A stretch of 60,985 bases of DNA, filler included, from Diploschistes diacapsis (taxonomy: Eukaryota): the NCBI GenBank assembly GCA_023645945.1. It is 6 parts of 6 records of this genome, joined end to end, with 100 filler letters (N's around TTAATTAATTAA, not from the genome) between each part and the next. Parts side by side here need not be neighbours in the genome. Positions count along the whole stretch, not along the records: positions 30,602 to 40,687 come from JALAIB010000964.1; positions 40,788 to 50,836 come from JALAIB010000965.1; positions 50,937 to 60,985 come from JALAIB010000966.1; 3 more parts are not named here. One strand, 5' to 3'. Position numbers and translations under genes: made by a program. Under the pieces are notes generated by a model. It worked only from the letters and a program-made list of their open reading frames with translations. It was not told the origin of the DNA and made no database searches. Below, piece after piece: positions 38,966 through 52,555 of the stretch; position 1 is the stretch's first letter; each line of letters starts with the position of its first letter.

Positions 38966-39470
38966 TTGGAGGAGCGATAAGGTTAAGTGAAATTAATATG
39001 TAGCTTCCTTTTTTCAAAATGAATGACTTCCTGGTTGTGTTGCCGTGTCATGTAAGATGAAGGTGTGGAGTGAAACCGAAAAATTTGTTGAAGTGTAAGT
39101 GAAAGTTTGTTTTATATTTGCTACGCGATTGAGTTTGAAGGTATGCCCAAAGAGGTAATAAACCCAAAAGGGTATAAGTATGATCCGTTAGGTAACATAC
39201 TGTGACGAAACAAACGAGGCTTCTAGTAGAGGTCCTAATGCCTAGGCAGCATATAGCACTTGTCGAGCTTCGTTTGCTTGCCGCAAGAAAGCTCTATTAA
39301 AGCTATGTTGTTCCGATCTGGCTCGGGATGAGGTTCCTTAGGGCGTCGAGTGTTTCGGTGTCGGTTGAAGCTTTCAACCACGCTAGGTCCCAAGTATCTC
39401 CCAAGAAAGTTGAAACAGCAATTCGCCTCCGTCTTCCTTGCAAATTGGAGACAGATCTCCATATCTTAAT

Positions 39471-39979
39471 TAGGCTGGCCGTTTCGTGCCACGGTCACTG
39501 ACACGGACACTGCATTATAGTAAAAGCACGGACACGGACATTACAATTAAATTTTTAAAATATTGATACTGACACGGATACTACACTTCCGTGAATCCAC
39601 CGAAATACTGCGGTGAATCCACCGAAACACCGCGGTGCAATTTTTTAAAAAAAATAAAAACGTGAGAAATAAACGTGATAATTCCAGAATTATTAAAATT
39701 AAAAAATATTTTAAAATATTTCGGTGAATGCACGGACACGGATATCGTAATAAAAATTTTCTCGATACGGATATTAATACGGATATTACATTATAATAAA
39801 AACACGGACACGGATATTATAATTAAAAAATTTTAAATATTAATATTAATACGGACATTACATTTCCGTGAATCCACGGACACGGATACCGCAACTAAAA
39901 AATCTAAAACACGGATACTGACACTATCAGTATCCGTGTCACTGACACGGCCGTGTCAGTATCAGTGACGGTCAGCCTA
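39471..39979. mobile_element. Non-autonomous hAT-like DNA transposon (~510 bp) with subterminal repeats, RIP-mutated
   Basis: Terminal inverted repeats TAGGCTGGCCGT / ACGGTCAGCCTA, many ACACGGA(C/T)AC units, and an internal ~100-bp duplication (39500-39600 vs 39777-39877) differing mostly by C>T and G>A. Confidence 0.7.
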
Positions 39980-39984
39980 ATTTA

Positions 39985-40687
39985 ATTATTTAAGAAAACC
40001 TTCCCAGCCAGTCTTGCTTATATCAATTCTTAAAATAATCGATTAAATCTTGATCACCGTATAATCTAACGGCTTTAAGATAGAAATATTAGTAAATAAT
40101 AGTTTAAGTATATCTATAACTTACTATTAATGAAAACTTTATAAGAAAGATTGATCCTTTTTTAATAATTAATATAGAGGCTAGGCGATAACGGCAAAAT
40201 CTTTAATCCAAATACGATAATAAATACACATTTTTAGAAATCTTTTAACTTGCGTAATATCTCTCGAAATAGATTAATCCATTATTTTCAAAACCTTCTT
40301 TAATGCTAAAGAGCGTTCTTCCGGGGTATAAAGATAGCCCATTATTTTCAATTTTTCAATACATCACTATAACTTCCTTTTTAAGATAATCGTATCGATT
40401 ATTTTTATCGTATATAAAATTTGATCGATATTTTATATATGTTTAAATATATATTTCCGTATATTAAATAAAACTTTTTTTTATTTTAAATGTGTTTAAG
40501 ACCTTTAATTCCAAAATCATTAAAAAAGGATTAAATTATATAAAAAAGATCGATAAAAATAATTATTATTATTCGTATAAACTATCCGATTAAATTAATA
40601 CCTCCTTATAATAAAATAATACTTTTTAATAGATCTAAAAGAGTCGAAAAAGTCATAAAATTACGAAATCTTTTATAAAAAATATAC
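39985..40687 (-). mobile_element. RIP-degenerated Ty3/Gypsy LTR retrotransposon pol fragment (RT to start of RNase H)
   Basis: Minus-strand translation gives *GGINLIG*FIRI (QGATNSVAQFVRI), FFNDFGIKG (FLDDIGVKG), KIMGY..KKVLKIMD, RFLKMCIYYRIWIKDFAVIA*PLY and IDISKTGWEGFL (VDAS..GWGGVL). Very AT-rich with many stops. Confidence 0.85.
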
Positions 40688-40787
40688 NNNNNNNNNNNNN
40701 NNNNNNNNNNNNNNNNNNNNNNNNNNNNNNNTTAATTAATTAANNNNNNNNNNNNNNNNNNNNNNNNNNNNNNNNNNNNNNNNNNNN
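40688..40787. other. Artificial contig linker
   Basis: N-run + TTAATTAATTAA + N-run. Confidence 0.99.
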
Positions 40788-40926
40788 TAAAGGGCGCCGA
40801 GGAGCTCCGAACGCTCGAAGGGCTTCAAACGGCGTTGTGGTGGCATAATTAGAAGAATAATAGCAAGAGTTGAATGTTTATTTACTACCGCTTATGGTGG
40901 ACCTAACTACTTTTGGCCTAGTACTG
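40788..40926 (-). mobile_element. 5' end of a Tc1/mariner transposon (TIR plus start of a putative transposase), truncated by the contig end
   Basis: Minus strand reads TA|CAGTACTAGGCCAAAAGTAGTTAGG (Tc1-like CAGT terminus). ATG at 40856 opens MPPQRRLKPFERSELLGAL, resembling the first helix of Tc1 transposase HTH domains. Confidence 0.75.
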
Positions 40927-41427
40927 TACAGAAGTCAAGCACTGGCCAAGATCGGAGCTGTTGTGAAGAAGCTGGCTGAACTAAACTTTTCCAAGGAAAA
41001 TTTCCTGCTAAATCAGGGTGGAGAACAAACCTTCCGAGTTACTCTCATCTCCAGAGGCAGCACCCTCTTACGTGTAGGTGCGGGCTTCGAGGATAACCCC
41101 TCATGCCTATAACCACTGATATAGCATAACAGAACGTGCCTTCATGCAGACTCTGTGGTATGTATTTTGTCAAACACAAGTAGACATGAGAGAATAATGG
41201 GTTGTTTATGTGCGTTTTCGGAGAATCTGATTTTCCAACCAACCGTAGATTTAGTCAGCATATCTTCTTCCAATGACATTCGGCTATACCGCAGCGCTCA
41301 TAATGATGGAGCCCGGATAACTTTACCATCCAAGCAGTCCGAATTCTCGCTGATATCTGCCATATTCTTCATACTGATACATTCGCAATAACTACTAGCT
41401 TGAGAAAGTCTGAGACTGTTTCCAGAA

Positions 41428-42883
41428 ATGGCAGACGTCGCAGTCGAGCATGCACCGGGCCTTCCGTTGACGAAGAGAGCGACTTTCTCCTCTATACCTA
41501 CTATTGACTCTCTTGAGGGAATAACGGATGGCGAGGATGAGTACGCGACCTTGAAGAAACTTCAGCGGCATCTCGAGTAGGTTTCATCTACGACTTCCTG
41601 CCAAACATTCTTTAACATGGTACAGGTATATAAACCTCCAAGAAGAGTACATCAAGGACGAGCAGAGGTCCTTGAAGAGGGAGCTGGTCCGCGCACAAGA
41701 AGAGATCAAGAGAATACAGAGCGTACCGCTTGTTATTGGACAATTCATGGAGGCGATAGACCAGACGTGAGCTTGCTTCTGCTGTAACCCTTGCGCAAGC
41801 TGAATCTTGTGGAAGCACTGGAATAGTACAGTCTTCAACAGGTTCAAACTATGTTGTGCGGATCCTCTCAACGCTCGATCGCGAAAAGCTCAAACCATCC
41901 TCATCTGTCGCTCTGCATCGTCACTCGAACTCCCTTGTCGATATACTCCCGCCAGAAGCCGACTCATCAATAGCTATGCTTGGAGCAGATGAAAAGCCGG
42001 ATGTCACATACGCAGAAGTTGGAGGTCTTGACATGCAAAAGCAAGAGATTCGAGAAGCGGTGGAACTACCTTTGACGCATTTTGATCTCTACAAGCAAAT
42101 CGGTTGGTGCAACTTGCAGCCCATGCTCACCACATATTAACGTTGCTCAGGTATTGATCCCCCACGAGGCGTTCTACTCTATGGCCCACCAGGAACTGGC
42201 AAGACCATGCTTGTCAAGGCGGTTGCGAATAGCACCACAGCCAGCTTTATTCGGGTGGTAGGCTCAGAGTTTGTCCAAAAGTATTTGGGTGAAGGGCCGC
42301 GCATGGTTCGCGACGTGTTCCGAATGGCAAGGGAAAACTCACCAGCCATAATCTTTATCGACGAGATTGACGCCATCGCCACCAAACGCTTTGACGCTCA
42401 AACAGGCGCCGACAGAGAGGTTCAACGTATCCTACTCGAATTGCTAAACCAAATGGATGGTTTTGATCAGACAAGCAACGTCAAAGTCATAATGGCTACA
42501 AACCGCGCTGATACGCTTGATCCTGCGCTTCTCCGGCCCGGCCGTCTTGACCGAAAGATCGAGTTTCCCTCACTACGAGACCGGAGAGAAAGGCGGTTGA
42601 TATTCTCGACGATTGCTTCCAAGATGTCATTATCGCCCGAGGTAGACCTTGATTCTTTGATCATCCGTAACGACCCTCTCTCTGGCGCCGTAATTGCAGC
42701 GATTATGCAAGAAGCTGGTCTGAGGGCAGTCAGGAAAAACAGATATAACATCATCCAGGCAGATCTGGAGGATGCGTACTCGAGTCAAGTCAAAGGAACT
42801 CAGGAAGCTGATAAGTGAGTACCCTGGCCACGTCTACGAATCAAGGCTGATCCAATATCAACAGGTTCGATTTCTACAAGTAG
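41428..42883 (+). CDS. RPT3: 26S proteasome AAA-ATPase regulatory subunit 6B
   Basis: [65 protein letters not shown]-terminal FDFYK*. Four short introns. Confidence 0.97.
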
Positions 42884-43491
42884 TACCGATCAATTCCGTG
42901 CAGTTTGCATATTCAGGCATTTACATGCGTATCAAGCGAGTTTATAAATTTCCAGATATTCAAAAAGGGCAAAACTCTAGGGATCTGTATTCTATGGAAG
43001 CCTCCCGCTACCTCCAAAGTGGGGAGGAGTAATGGCATATAGATGGGTCCAACACAAGGCAGAAAAGCGACCGGCAAATGGAATCTCTTTATTGTCATTG
43101 AACTCTGCACGGTACCGTCATGAATGTGGTAGTTTCTAGTGTTTACTCAACCCCAAATGTGATCTCTATATGCTTGTACTAATCCAAGCTGGCTGAAGGC
43201 AAAGGCTATAAGCAGCAGTTATGTAAGCGAAATCTGCCAAGACAGGCTTACGAATAAAGCTAGTCTCGGGCAGCGGTAGGATCAACTTGAACCCTGAGCG
43301 AGCCCCCAGCCTTCTCTGCCAGGCAACTGCTTTAACCTACTTGGTCAACGTCATCCGCTCCGTCCACGAGATCGCAATCTCTCCTTCCTCATCCTCCATA
43401 TCCACATAACCTCGCCCATAGTTTCAGCGTCTACAGCGACATTCTTTGATACAACCATAGCACTGCTCTCACCTTGCTATTGTTGCCCATC

Positions 43492-44936
<1,445 letters not shown>

Positions 44937-45753
44937 GCGTGGAAACAACTTACCTTATCCTAATTTAAAGCATAGACTTTCTCGGTGTGCTAGTCACAGA
45001 ACGCTAGGCGCGGCGGCCTTGCAGGACTCTATTATATTGAGAATTGTGGTCATTGTATCATAGTATTAAAGGCGTAGTATATTCGAGTGAGCAGACTGGG
45101 AACCACATTTTCTTTTCGTTTCCACTGATGTGATACTATCCTTCCATTCGTGATTCATGGCATAATAGCCTTGCTAGCCTTCTCTGCTGTAGTTATGATT
45201 TTGCGCTGATATTGGGCTGCTTCGAGGGGTGCGCATGAAGAGCACGCGTATCTCAGATTATATTACGAGGCGAAGTACATCTCTTAATAGGTTCCATGAC
45301 TCAAACTATCCCTTTATCATAGATAAGACGTCCTCCAGAAAGTACTCCACTCTAGGCAGAGCAGGCAGGCAGCGTAGCAGCCTTAAGCTCAAGCATAGCA
45401 CCTTTTAGCTCTGCCGCATCGAGCCAAAGGCGTGGTCGAGCGATCCGTCATATTGCAGGGATCACAGCTTTATTTTCGGGCACATGAAAGCTCCAAGATC
45501 ATGTCAGTCCCCCCATACACCCCGTCAACCCACCACATCCCATGCACACAATCTAGTCAGCCGCTTCATATGGCACTCGACAGTCCATTTCTACCGATAT
45601 ACCAATTTTCAAAGCATGCAGACGGGTGCTGGGCATGTCAAATATACCTACAAAGGCTTTCAACACGATCTGCTACCAGTGTGCTGGGAAAGGAAAGCCG
45701 ATAAAAATATAGTCTGCCCCAATATTCGGCTACCATATTCAAGGTCCTAAGTC

Positions 45754-48700
45754 ATGGCGTCCTTGGAGGAAAAGAATCGCAAGAGGCCACCGAGAAAGCT
45801 GGTAAAGAAGAAAAGACCAGAGCACTCTAAACTACAATACCCAAGGGGACTGGAGCTCGGCGAAGACGCAGATGAGGATGTCACAATGCCTCAGGGGCAA
45901 GGCTCCCAGTACTATCATCTCAATCAATCGGTCTTTTCAATTATTGCTGCTGCGGGTTCAAAGTCGGATTTCCATGGCCGATTCGATGAGGACTCCAGCG
46001 GGAGCGACACTGAGCAAGAGGGGTCGAGCACTGCGACCTTCGCGACCAAGGGCATCGCCGAACCCAAATCAGAGGAGATGAAGAAAGGCGACACGGCCCG
46101 TGCGAGGTCTCAGTCTAGACCAGGATTTGGGCAGCGTAGGTCCGAATCGAAGCTGTTACGTTCCTTGCCCAAACTCAATATTCGAACGAAAAGGGAGAGA
46201 AACTATATGTCTCAGAGCATGATACTCCCGCCAAAGGGGCATGGCTCCCCAGCCAATCCTCCGGCCGCTACACCACGAGATGCTCCGGTAATGAGCCGAA
46301 TTCTCGAAGCGCAAGCCCAGCTGGAACGGGAAGAGCCTGAGGAGATAAAGGCAGATGGCTTGTTTAATATAATGGCCACACCAAAAGAAGAAAAGAAGCC
46401 GGTCAGTCTGGAACAACGCCTGATGGAGATCTTTGGCCTGAAGGGGACAGAAGAGGTGGTTGCCGAATATCCCTGTTGGTTGCTACAAAGCGTCTTACTA
46501 CAGGGCTACATGTACATCACTTCGAAGCACATCTGCTTCTATGCATATTTGCCCAAGAAATCGACTGTGGTCGCTAAAAGTGGACATCTTGCCAAGAGGG
46601 GCAAGTCAAATCCCAGGTACAACCGGTATTGGTTCAGGCTGCAAGGCGACGTTCTATCCTATTACACAGACTCTTCGAACCTGTACTTCCCTAACGGTAA
46701 CATTGATCTAAGATATGGGATCTCCGCCGCGTTGTCTGATGCCAAGGAGAAAAGCAAGGACACAGCGCACTTCACTGTCACGACGCACGCTCGAATGTAC
46801 CATTTCAAGGCCGACAGCCCTGCTAGCGCAAAGGAGTGGGTGAGGACTTTGCAGAAGGTCATTTTCAGGTCGCGCAACGAGGGCGACAGCGTGAAAATTT
46901 CTCTGCCGCTCGAAAATGTGGTCGACATTGAGGAGAGCCCGGTCATTGATTTTGCGGACACGTTCAAGATCAGGGTCATTGACAATGATGAGACATTCGC
47001 GATTGACGAGTACTTCTTCTCATTCTTCTCCTTTGGAAAAGACGCACTGAATGTCCTGCGAGCTTTAGTCGATACTGCCCCAGCGTCGAGATTCTCGACG
47101 GAAATGTTATCCAGTGATCGAGACCCTTCCGGACAGGGCTCGCCACACCCTGATAATCAAGGCAGTCCGCTGAGTCCGATATCTCAACCGATGTTTCGTG
47201 ATAGCGTCAAAGCAACGCTCTCTCCTGGTCTCCCTTTAAGCAACAGAAGCAGCCCAAGAGTCAGCGGGGAATGGGGTAGAAGAAGCTTCGACACAAGTCG
47301 AAGGAGTATGGAGGTGACTCTTGAACCACACCACGAAGGTAGCTCCCTTCGAAGGATCTTTGGCGACCGAGGAAGAAGCGTCAGCGCTGGGAGAGTACCC
47401 TCGTTGTAAGTTAGCGCCATGCCGTGATCTTATAGTAATAACTGAGTATAGGAGTCGGAAAGAAAACCGTATGTCGCAGAAATCGGGGGACCTTTCGGAC
47501 TCTTATGTTCACTCAATTGATCCCAGTGCTGAGTCTTCGACGCTAAACATGTCTACGAATGACAACGCGTCAGCTAGTCAGATACTTAGCAGGAGCGATG
47601 TTTTCCGTTCACCTACCATGAAACGGTTTGCAGAATCGCCCGATGGGGAGGCGGATCCTGAGCGAGACCTCCCAAAACTAGGGCATTCTCGGACAGAGTC
47701 AACGAACGACAATGTGCTGGTCAGCCCACCTTCACGCTCGGCAACCGACCATCCCTTTTCCATGAAGTTCAATCATCATACAGGTCCAACTCCACGTCCA
47801 TCGACCGAGCTGACGAGTGACTCAATGCAAACATCACAATCGGCCCCAAGCTTCCAACAGTACGTTAAGGACTCCTTGCCCATGCAGAAAGCGGCAGGGT
47901 TTGCAGGGTATCTGCGGCGCAACTCGAGAAAAATGAGTGCACTGCTCGCGACAGAATCTATGGGTTATGTTGAGAAGGTTTCTGGCATGTGGGCCGGCGG
48001 CTGGAAGCACTACGGAGATGCACAGGCACCGCTTGACGAGCTGGAAGAGGAGCCTCCCGAGCTAGATGGCACTGACGTTCACGGTGATCGATTCAGGGCA
48101 CATTTCGCCCTACCAGAGACAGAGAAACTGCAGGCTACTTATTTTGGCTACCTATTCCGGGTTCTGCCACTGTACGGCAAAATATATATCGGAGATCGCC
48201 ACTTCTGCTTTAGGTCCCTTCTGCCAGGCACGCGAACGAAGCTCATCCTGCCATTGGCACACATCGAGAACGTTAATAAGGAACGAGGGTTTACTGGGTT
48301 TCGATATGGCCTCGTCGTTGCCATCAGAGCCTATGAAGAGTTGCTCTTTGAGTTCAGCTCCGCCGACGTACGTGATGTTTGCACGATTACACTACTACAA
48401 AACCTAGAGACTGTCAAAACGTTGCAAGGCGACGACGAGGTGCTATGTTCAGAAGAAATATTGGACGCGAAAACAGCACAGGAAGAGCACAAAATGCTTC
48501 AGGAAGCCCGGCTAGACGGCTACAGCGAGCACGAGCTAAGTTTGCCCAAGACTGCCTCTGCAAGCAAGGACTCAGAGGATGCTCATCCGATATTGTTCGA
48601 TGATCCTCGAGCTTCGATCATCAATTTCAAACCCACCGAATCTTTCCGTATAACGTGTTTAACAATAGGTTCACGAGGCGATGTTCAACCCTACATTGCC

Positions 48701-50506
48701 TTGGCAAAGGGCCTCATGGCCCAAGGTCATAAACCCCGGATAGCCACCCACCGCGAATTCGAACCCTGGATCCGCAAGCACGGCATCGATTTCGCAGCCG
48801 TAGAAGGCGATCCTGCGGAACTAATGCGCATCTGCGTCGAAAACGGCATGTTCACCTACTCCTTCCTGAAAGAAGCATCTGTCAAATTCCGCGGCTGGAT
48901 CGACGAGCTTCTGTCTTCTGCCTGGAAAGCCTGCCAGGACAGCGACATCCTGATCGAATCTCCATCCGCGATGGCCGGCATCCACATCGCCGAGGCCCTC
49001 GAGATCCCTTACTTCCGGGCTTTCGGCATGCCCTGGACGCGGACCCGTGCCTATCCTCACGCCTTCGCGGTACCGGAGCGAAAAATGGGGGGCGCGTACA
49101 ACTACATAACGTACGTCATGTTCGACAACGTCTTCTGGACCGCCATCGCCGGCCAAGTGAACCGATGGCGTAAGAAAGAGCTCGGGCTCCGCAGTACAAA
49201 CCTCGACAAGCTGCATCCCAACAAAGTCCCTTTTCTCTACAACTTCTCCCCATCCGTCGTCTCCCCGCCCCTCGACTACAGCGACTGGATCCGCGTGACC
49301 GGATACTGGTTCCTTGACGAAGGCGGCGCCTACAGCCCGCCGCCCGAGCTAGCCGCGTTTATCAGAAAGGCGCGCCAAGACAGGAAGAAGCTCGTCTACA
49401 TCGGCTTCGGCTCCATCGTCGTCTCGGACCCTGCCGCGCTCACAAGGACGGTGGTCGACTCGGTCGTCAAGGCCGATGTCCGTTGCATCCTGAGCAAGGG
49501 CTGGTCGGACCGTCTGGGCTCGAGCGCGGCCAATCATAACCATGATGCTTCCAAACCCGAAGTGCCGCTCCCACCGGAAATATACCAGATCAAGTCCGCT
49601 CCGCATGATTGGCTCTTCAAGCAGATCGATGCGGCAGTGCACCATGGTGGAGCGGGAACGACGGGCGCGAGCCTAAGGGCGGGTTTGCCGACGATCATAA
49701 AGCCCTTCTTCGGGGACCAGTTTTTCTTCGGCAGCAGAGTCGAGGACTTGGGTGTGGGGATTTGTATGAAGAAGCTGAACGTCAGCGTGTTTAGCAGGGC
49801 GCTGTGGGAGGCGTGCAATAGCGAGAGAATGGTGGTCAAGGCCAGGGTACTGGGGGAACAGATACGCAAGGTAAATCTAGTCCCTTCCCCCCCCCTATGG
49901 CTTCTCCTGCTTTTTCTCCTTCTCTGCCTCTCTCCAAGCCTGATTATGTTTGTGCACACATGTACAAAGTTTCTAACTTCTTCGTAAACGCTACAGGAAA
50001 ACGGCGTGGAAACCGCCATCCAAGCACTCTACCGCGACCTCGAGTACGCACGCACGCTCATCAAGCGTCACAACCGCACCAATGACCCTGCTGGCGCCGC
50101 TATGCTGGATAATGATCTAGGCGACGAGGAGAGCTGGACTTTTATCGGCGACGAGAGCGATCCGGAGCTGCTGAGAAGGATCGCGGAGTGGGAACCCTAC
50201 CGAGAGGGCAGGGATGGCAGAGAGGGGAGAGAGGGTAGGGATAGGGATGCGCAGCCGAGGAAGAGCAAGACGGAGCCGCTGCACCAGCAACATGGAGGGG
50301 GCGGTGCAGGCGCAGGTACGGGCGGCGCTACGAGTTCTAGCCGTGGGGAAGGGGTGCGTAGTAGGGGCGTCAGGCAGTCGATGGACAGTACTGCGACTGC
50401 GGGCCCTTGCCCGCTTCCACCACCGTCTGCGGCGGAGAAGGGCGGCGGCGGCGAGACTGCAGGTGGGTTGGGCTTGAAGTTTCTGAAGAGAGGAAGCAGA
50501 TCCTAA
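45754..50506 (+). CDS. ATG26: Sterol 3-beta-glucosyltransferase (GRAM-PH-GRAM-GT1; UGT51)
   Basis: [19 protein letters not shown] domain, [62 protein letters not shown]. Introns at ~47406-47451 and 49871-49996. Confidence 0.96.
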
Positions 50507-50697
50507 GACAGTCAAGCGCGCGGGCAGGCGGGCTATGGACGGACGAGCGAACGAAAGAATGAAGCTGCAAGTGCGGTCAGGAGGAACTGCGAGCGAATTC
50601 TTTTCTGTTATGTCTCGAATGATTTGGTTTCTTTTTGCCTCTGCATGAATGAATGAACGAGTGAATGAGTGAATAACGAAGCGTTGGCGTCTGGTCT

Positions 50698-50731
50698 GGG
50701 TTCCGGGTTCCGGGTTCCGGGTTCCGGGGGG
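50698..50731 (+). repeat. (GGGTTCC)4 tandem repeat, G-quadruplex-compatible
   Basis: gggttccgggttccgggttccgggttccgggggg read directly. Confidence 0.85.
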
Positions 50732-50836
50732 TTTCAAAGGTAGGAGAGGAAGGGGCGCGGGGTTGATCGGGGTTGGGGCTCGCTAGACCGAGGCGGTTGG
50801 CTTGGAAAAGGAATGGTACGTTGCGGCGATTTAGGG

Positions 50837-50936
50837 NNNNNNNNNNNNNNNNNNNNNNNNNNNNNNNNNNNNNNNNNNNNTTAATTAATTAANNNNNNNN
50901 NNNNNNNNNNNNNNNNNNNNNNNNNNNNNNNNNNNN
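50837..50936. other. Artificial contig linker
   Basis: N-run + TTAATTAATTAA + N-run. Confidence 0.99.
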
Positions 50937-50948
50937 TCCCTTTCCCTC

Positions 50949-52555
50949 TCAATCCCAATCCCCCACAACCTCAATATCCTTCCCCTCCTTCTCCAACCGC
51001 AACATATCATCCAGCGTCCACTTCCGATACTCGAACCCGGGCGGCACATTGGTGTTCCTCCACCCTTCCTTACCGTCCACGAAACTCTGCACCACCTTCC
51101 CCCAACTCTCCACCGCATACGCCTCGGGATCATGATCCCAGATCCAAGGCGCAAAACTCAGTTTCACCAGTTCCGGGTTCTCCCTAATCTTCTCAAAATC
51201 CGGCTTCTGCCGCTTAAACTGGTTGATAAAGCCCAGCAGTTGTATGCAATCCACGCGCTCGAAGCGCAGTTTGCAATGCACCTTCACGGCCAGCGGAATC
51301 TGCCGCCTTTCGCCCGCCAACAGCGACAGGCACGTCGCGAGCGACGCCGCGTCCTCAATCGCCTGCGTCGCGCCGTTCCCGGAGCTCGGGAGAAAAGTGT
51401 GTGCGGAGTCGCCGAGCTGCAGCACGCGCCCGCCCGGCGAGACCCACTGGGGCTGGGAGTCACGGAACATGAGTTTCCAGTCGACGAGGGCGGCGGTGGG
51501 CGGCGTGCAGGCGATGGCGCGGCGGAAGAGAGGGTCGTAGCCCGTGCCGTCGAGGCTGGCGAGGGCTTCGGAGGCGGGGGTGCGGTTGGACCAGGACTCC
51601 TCGGCGGAGCCGGTATCCTTGTGCGTCAGGGCCCACGAGAAGTGCGCGTCCGTGCGCCAGACGACGCCCTGCAGGCCGGCGCCGACGTACAGGTGGATCG
51701 CGGAGCAGCGGCCACCGTCGAGCAGGGGGAAGGCTTCGGTGAGGATGGGGTCCGCGAGCATATGTGAGACTGGGAAGGCGGTGCGGTAGACGGAGTTACC
51801 GCTGCTGCGCGCGTCTGGCTGCGAGCCGCCGACGAGTTTCCAGGAGGGGGTGTGGATGCCGTCGGCGGCGACGACAAGGTCGGCTTCGTGCCGGGAGCCG
51901 TCGGCGAGGATGACGCCGCCTTTGCCGGTGATGGTGTCCTCGTAGTAGTCTGTGGCTCGTTTGTCGTTTTCCACGATGATGCCGCAGCGTTGGACTTGCG
52001 CGAAGAGGATGCGGTGGAGGTCGGGTCGGATGTGGCGGTGGATCTCTAAGGGGGCTTTGGTGTCGGATGGATCCTTGGATGTGTATCCGAAGGGCGCGGG
52101 GCCTGCATATCCGATCAGTGAGAGCTCTAATGCAAGAAGATTCCGCGGCTTTACCGCAGAGCTTTTCTCCCGTGTACTTCATGTATGAAATCTGTGGGTG
52201 ATAGCTCTGATTCTGGAAGTCTCTGTACAGAGCCGGCCAGTTGCGAGATATGATATCGACAGCAGTAGGACCAACGCTCAAGGAGTCACCTCGAGGAGCA
52301 GTTAGAACACATTCGCACAACGAATCTGACAAGTTATGTACCTATCAGTTGCTCCCACCTGCTCCGCTCAAGTACTCTTACTTGATGTCCTTTGCGCCAG
52401 CACTCGAGCGCGCACATCAAGCCTCCGATCCCCCCGCCTACTATCAGCACGGAGATTCCTGTGTCAGGATACCGTGGAGGATTCCCCTCTGTTGCGCCAT
52501 TGTCCGACCGAAATTTATCCACGCCATTCTCGATGTTGCTGCCTGTGTCGGTCAT
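50949..52555 (-). CDS. FAD-dependent aromatic monooxygenase (salicylate hydroxylase/MAK1-like)
   Basis: VLIVGGGIGGL (Rossmann), DLVVAADGI (DG motif), LQLGDSAHTFLPSSGNGATQAIEDA (GD motif). Two introns near 52290-52340 and 52105-52160. Confidence 0.9.

Noticed and set aside
39471..39979. CRISPR-like array
   Set aside because: The context is eukaryotic, the repeats are short and irregular without unique equal-length spacers, the region is bounded by TIRs, and there are no cas genes.
50698..50836. Telomeric repeat at the contig end
   Set aside because: The unit is GGGTTCC x4 and there is only a single TTAGGG before the gap, so there is no telomere array.
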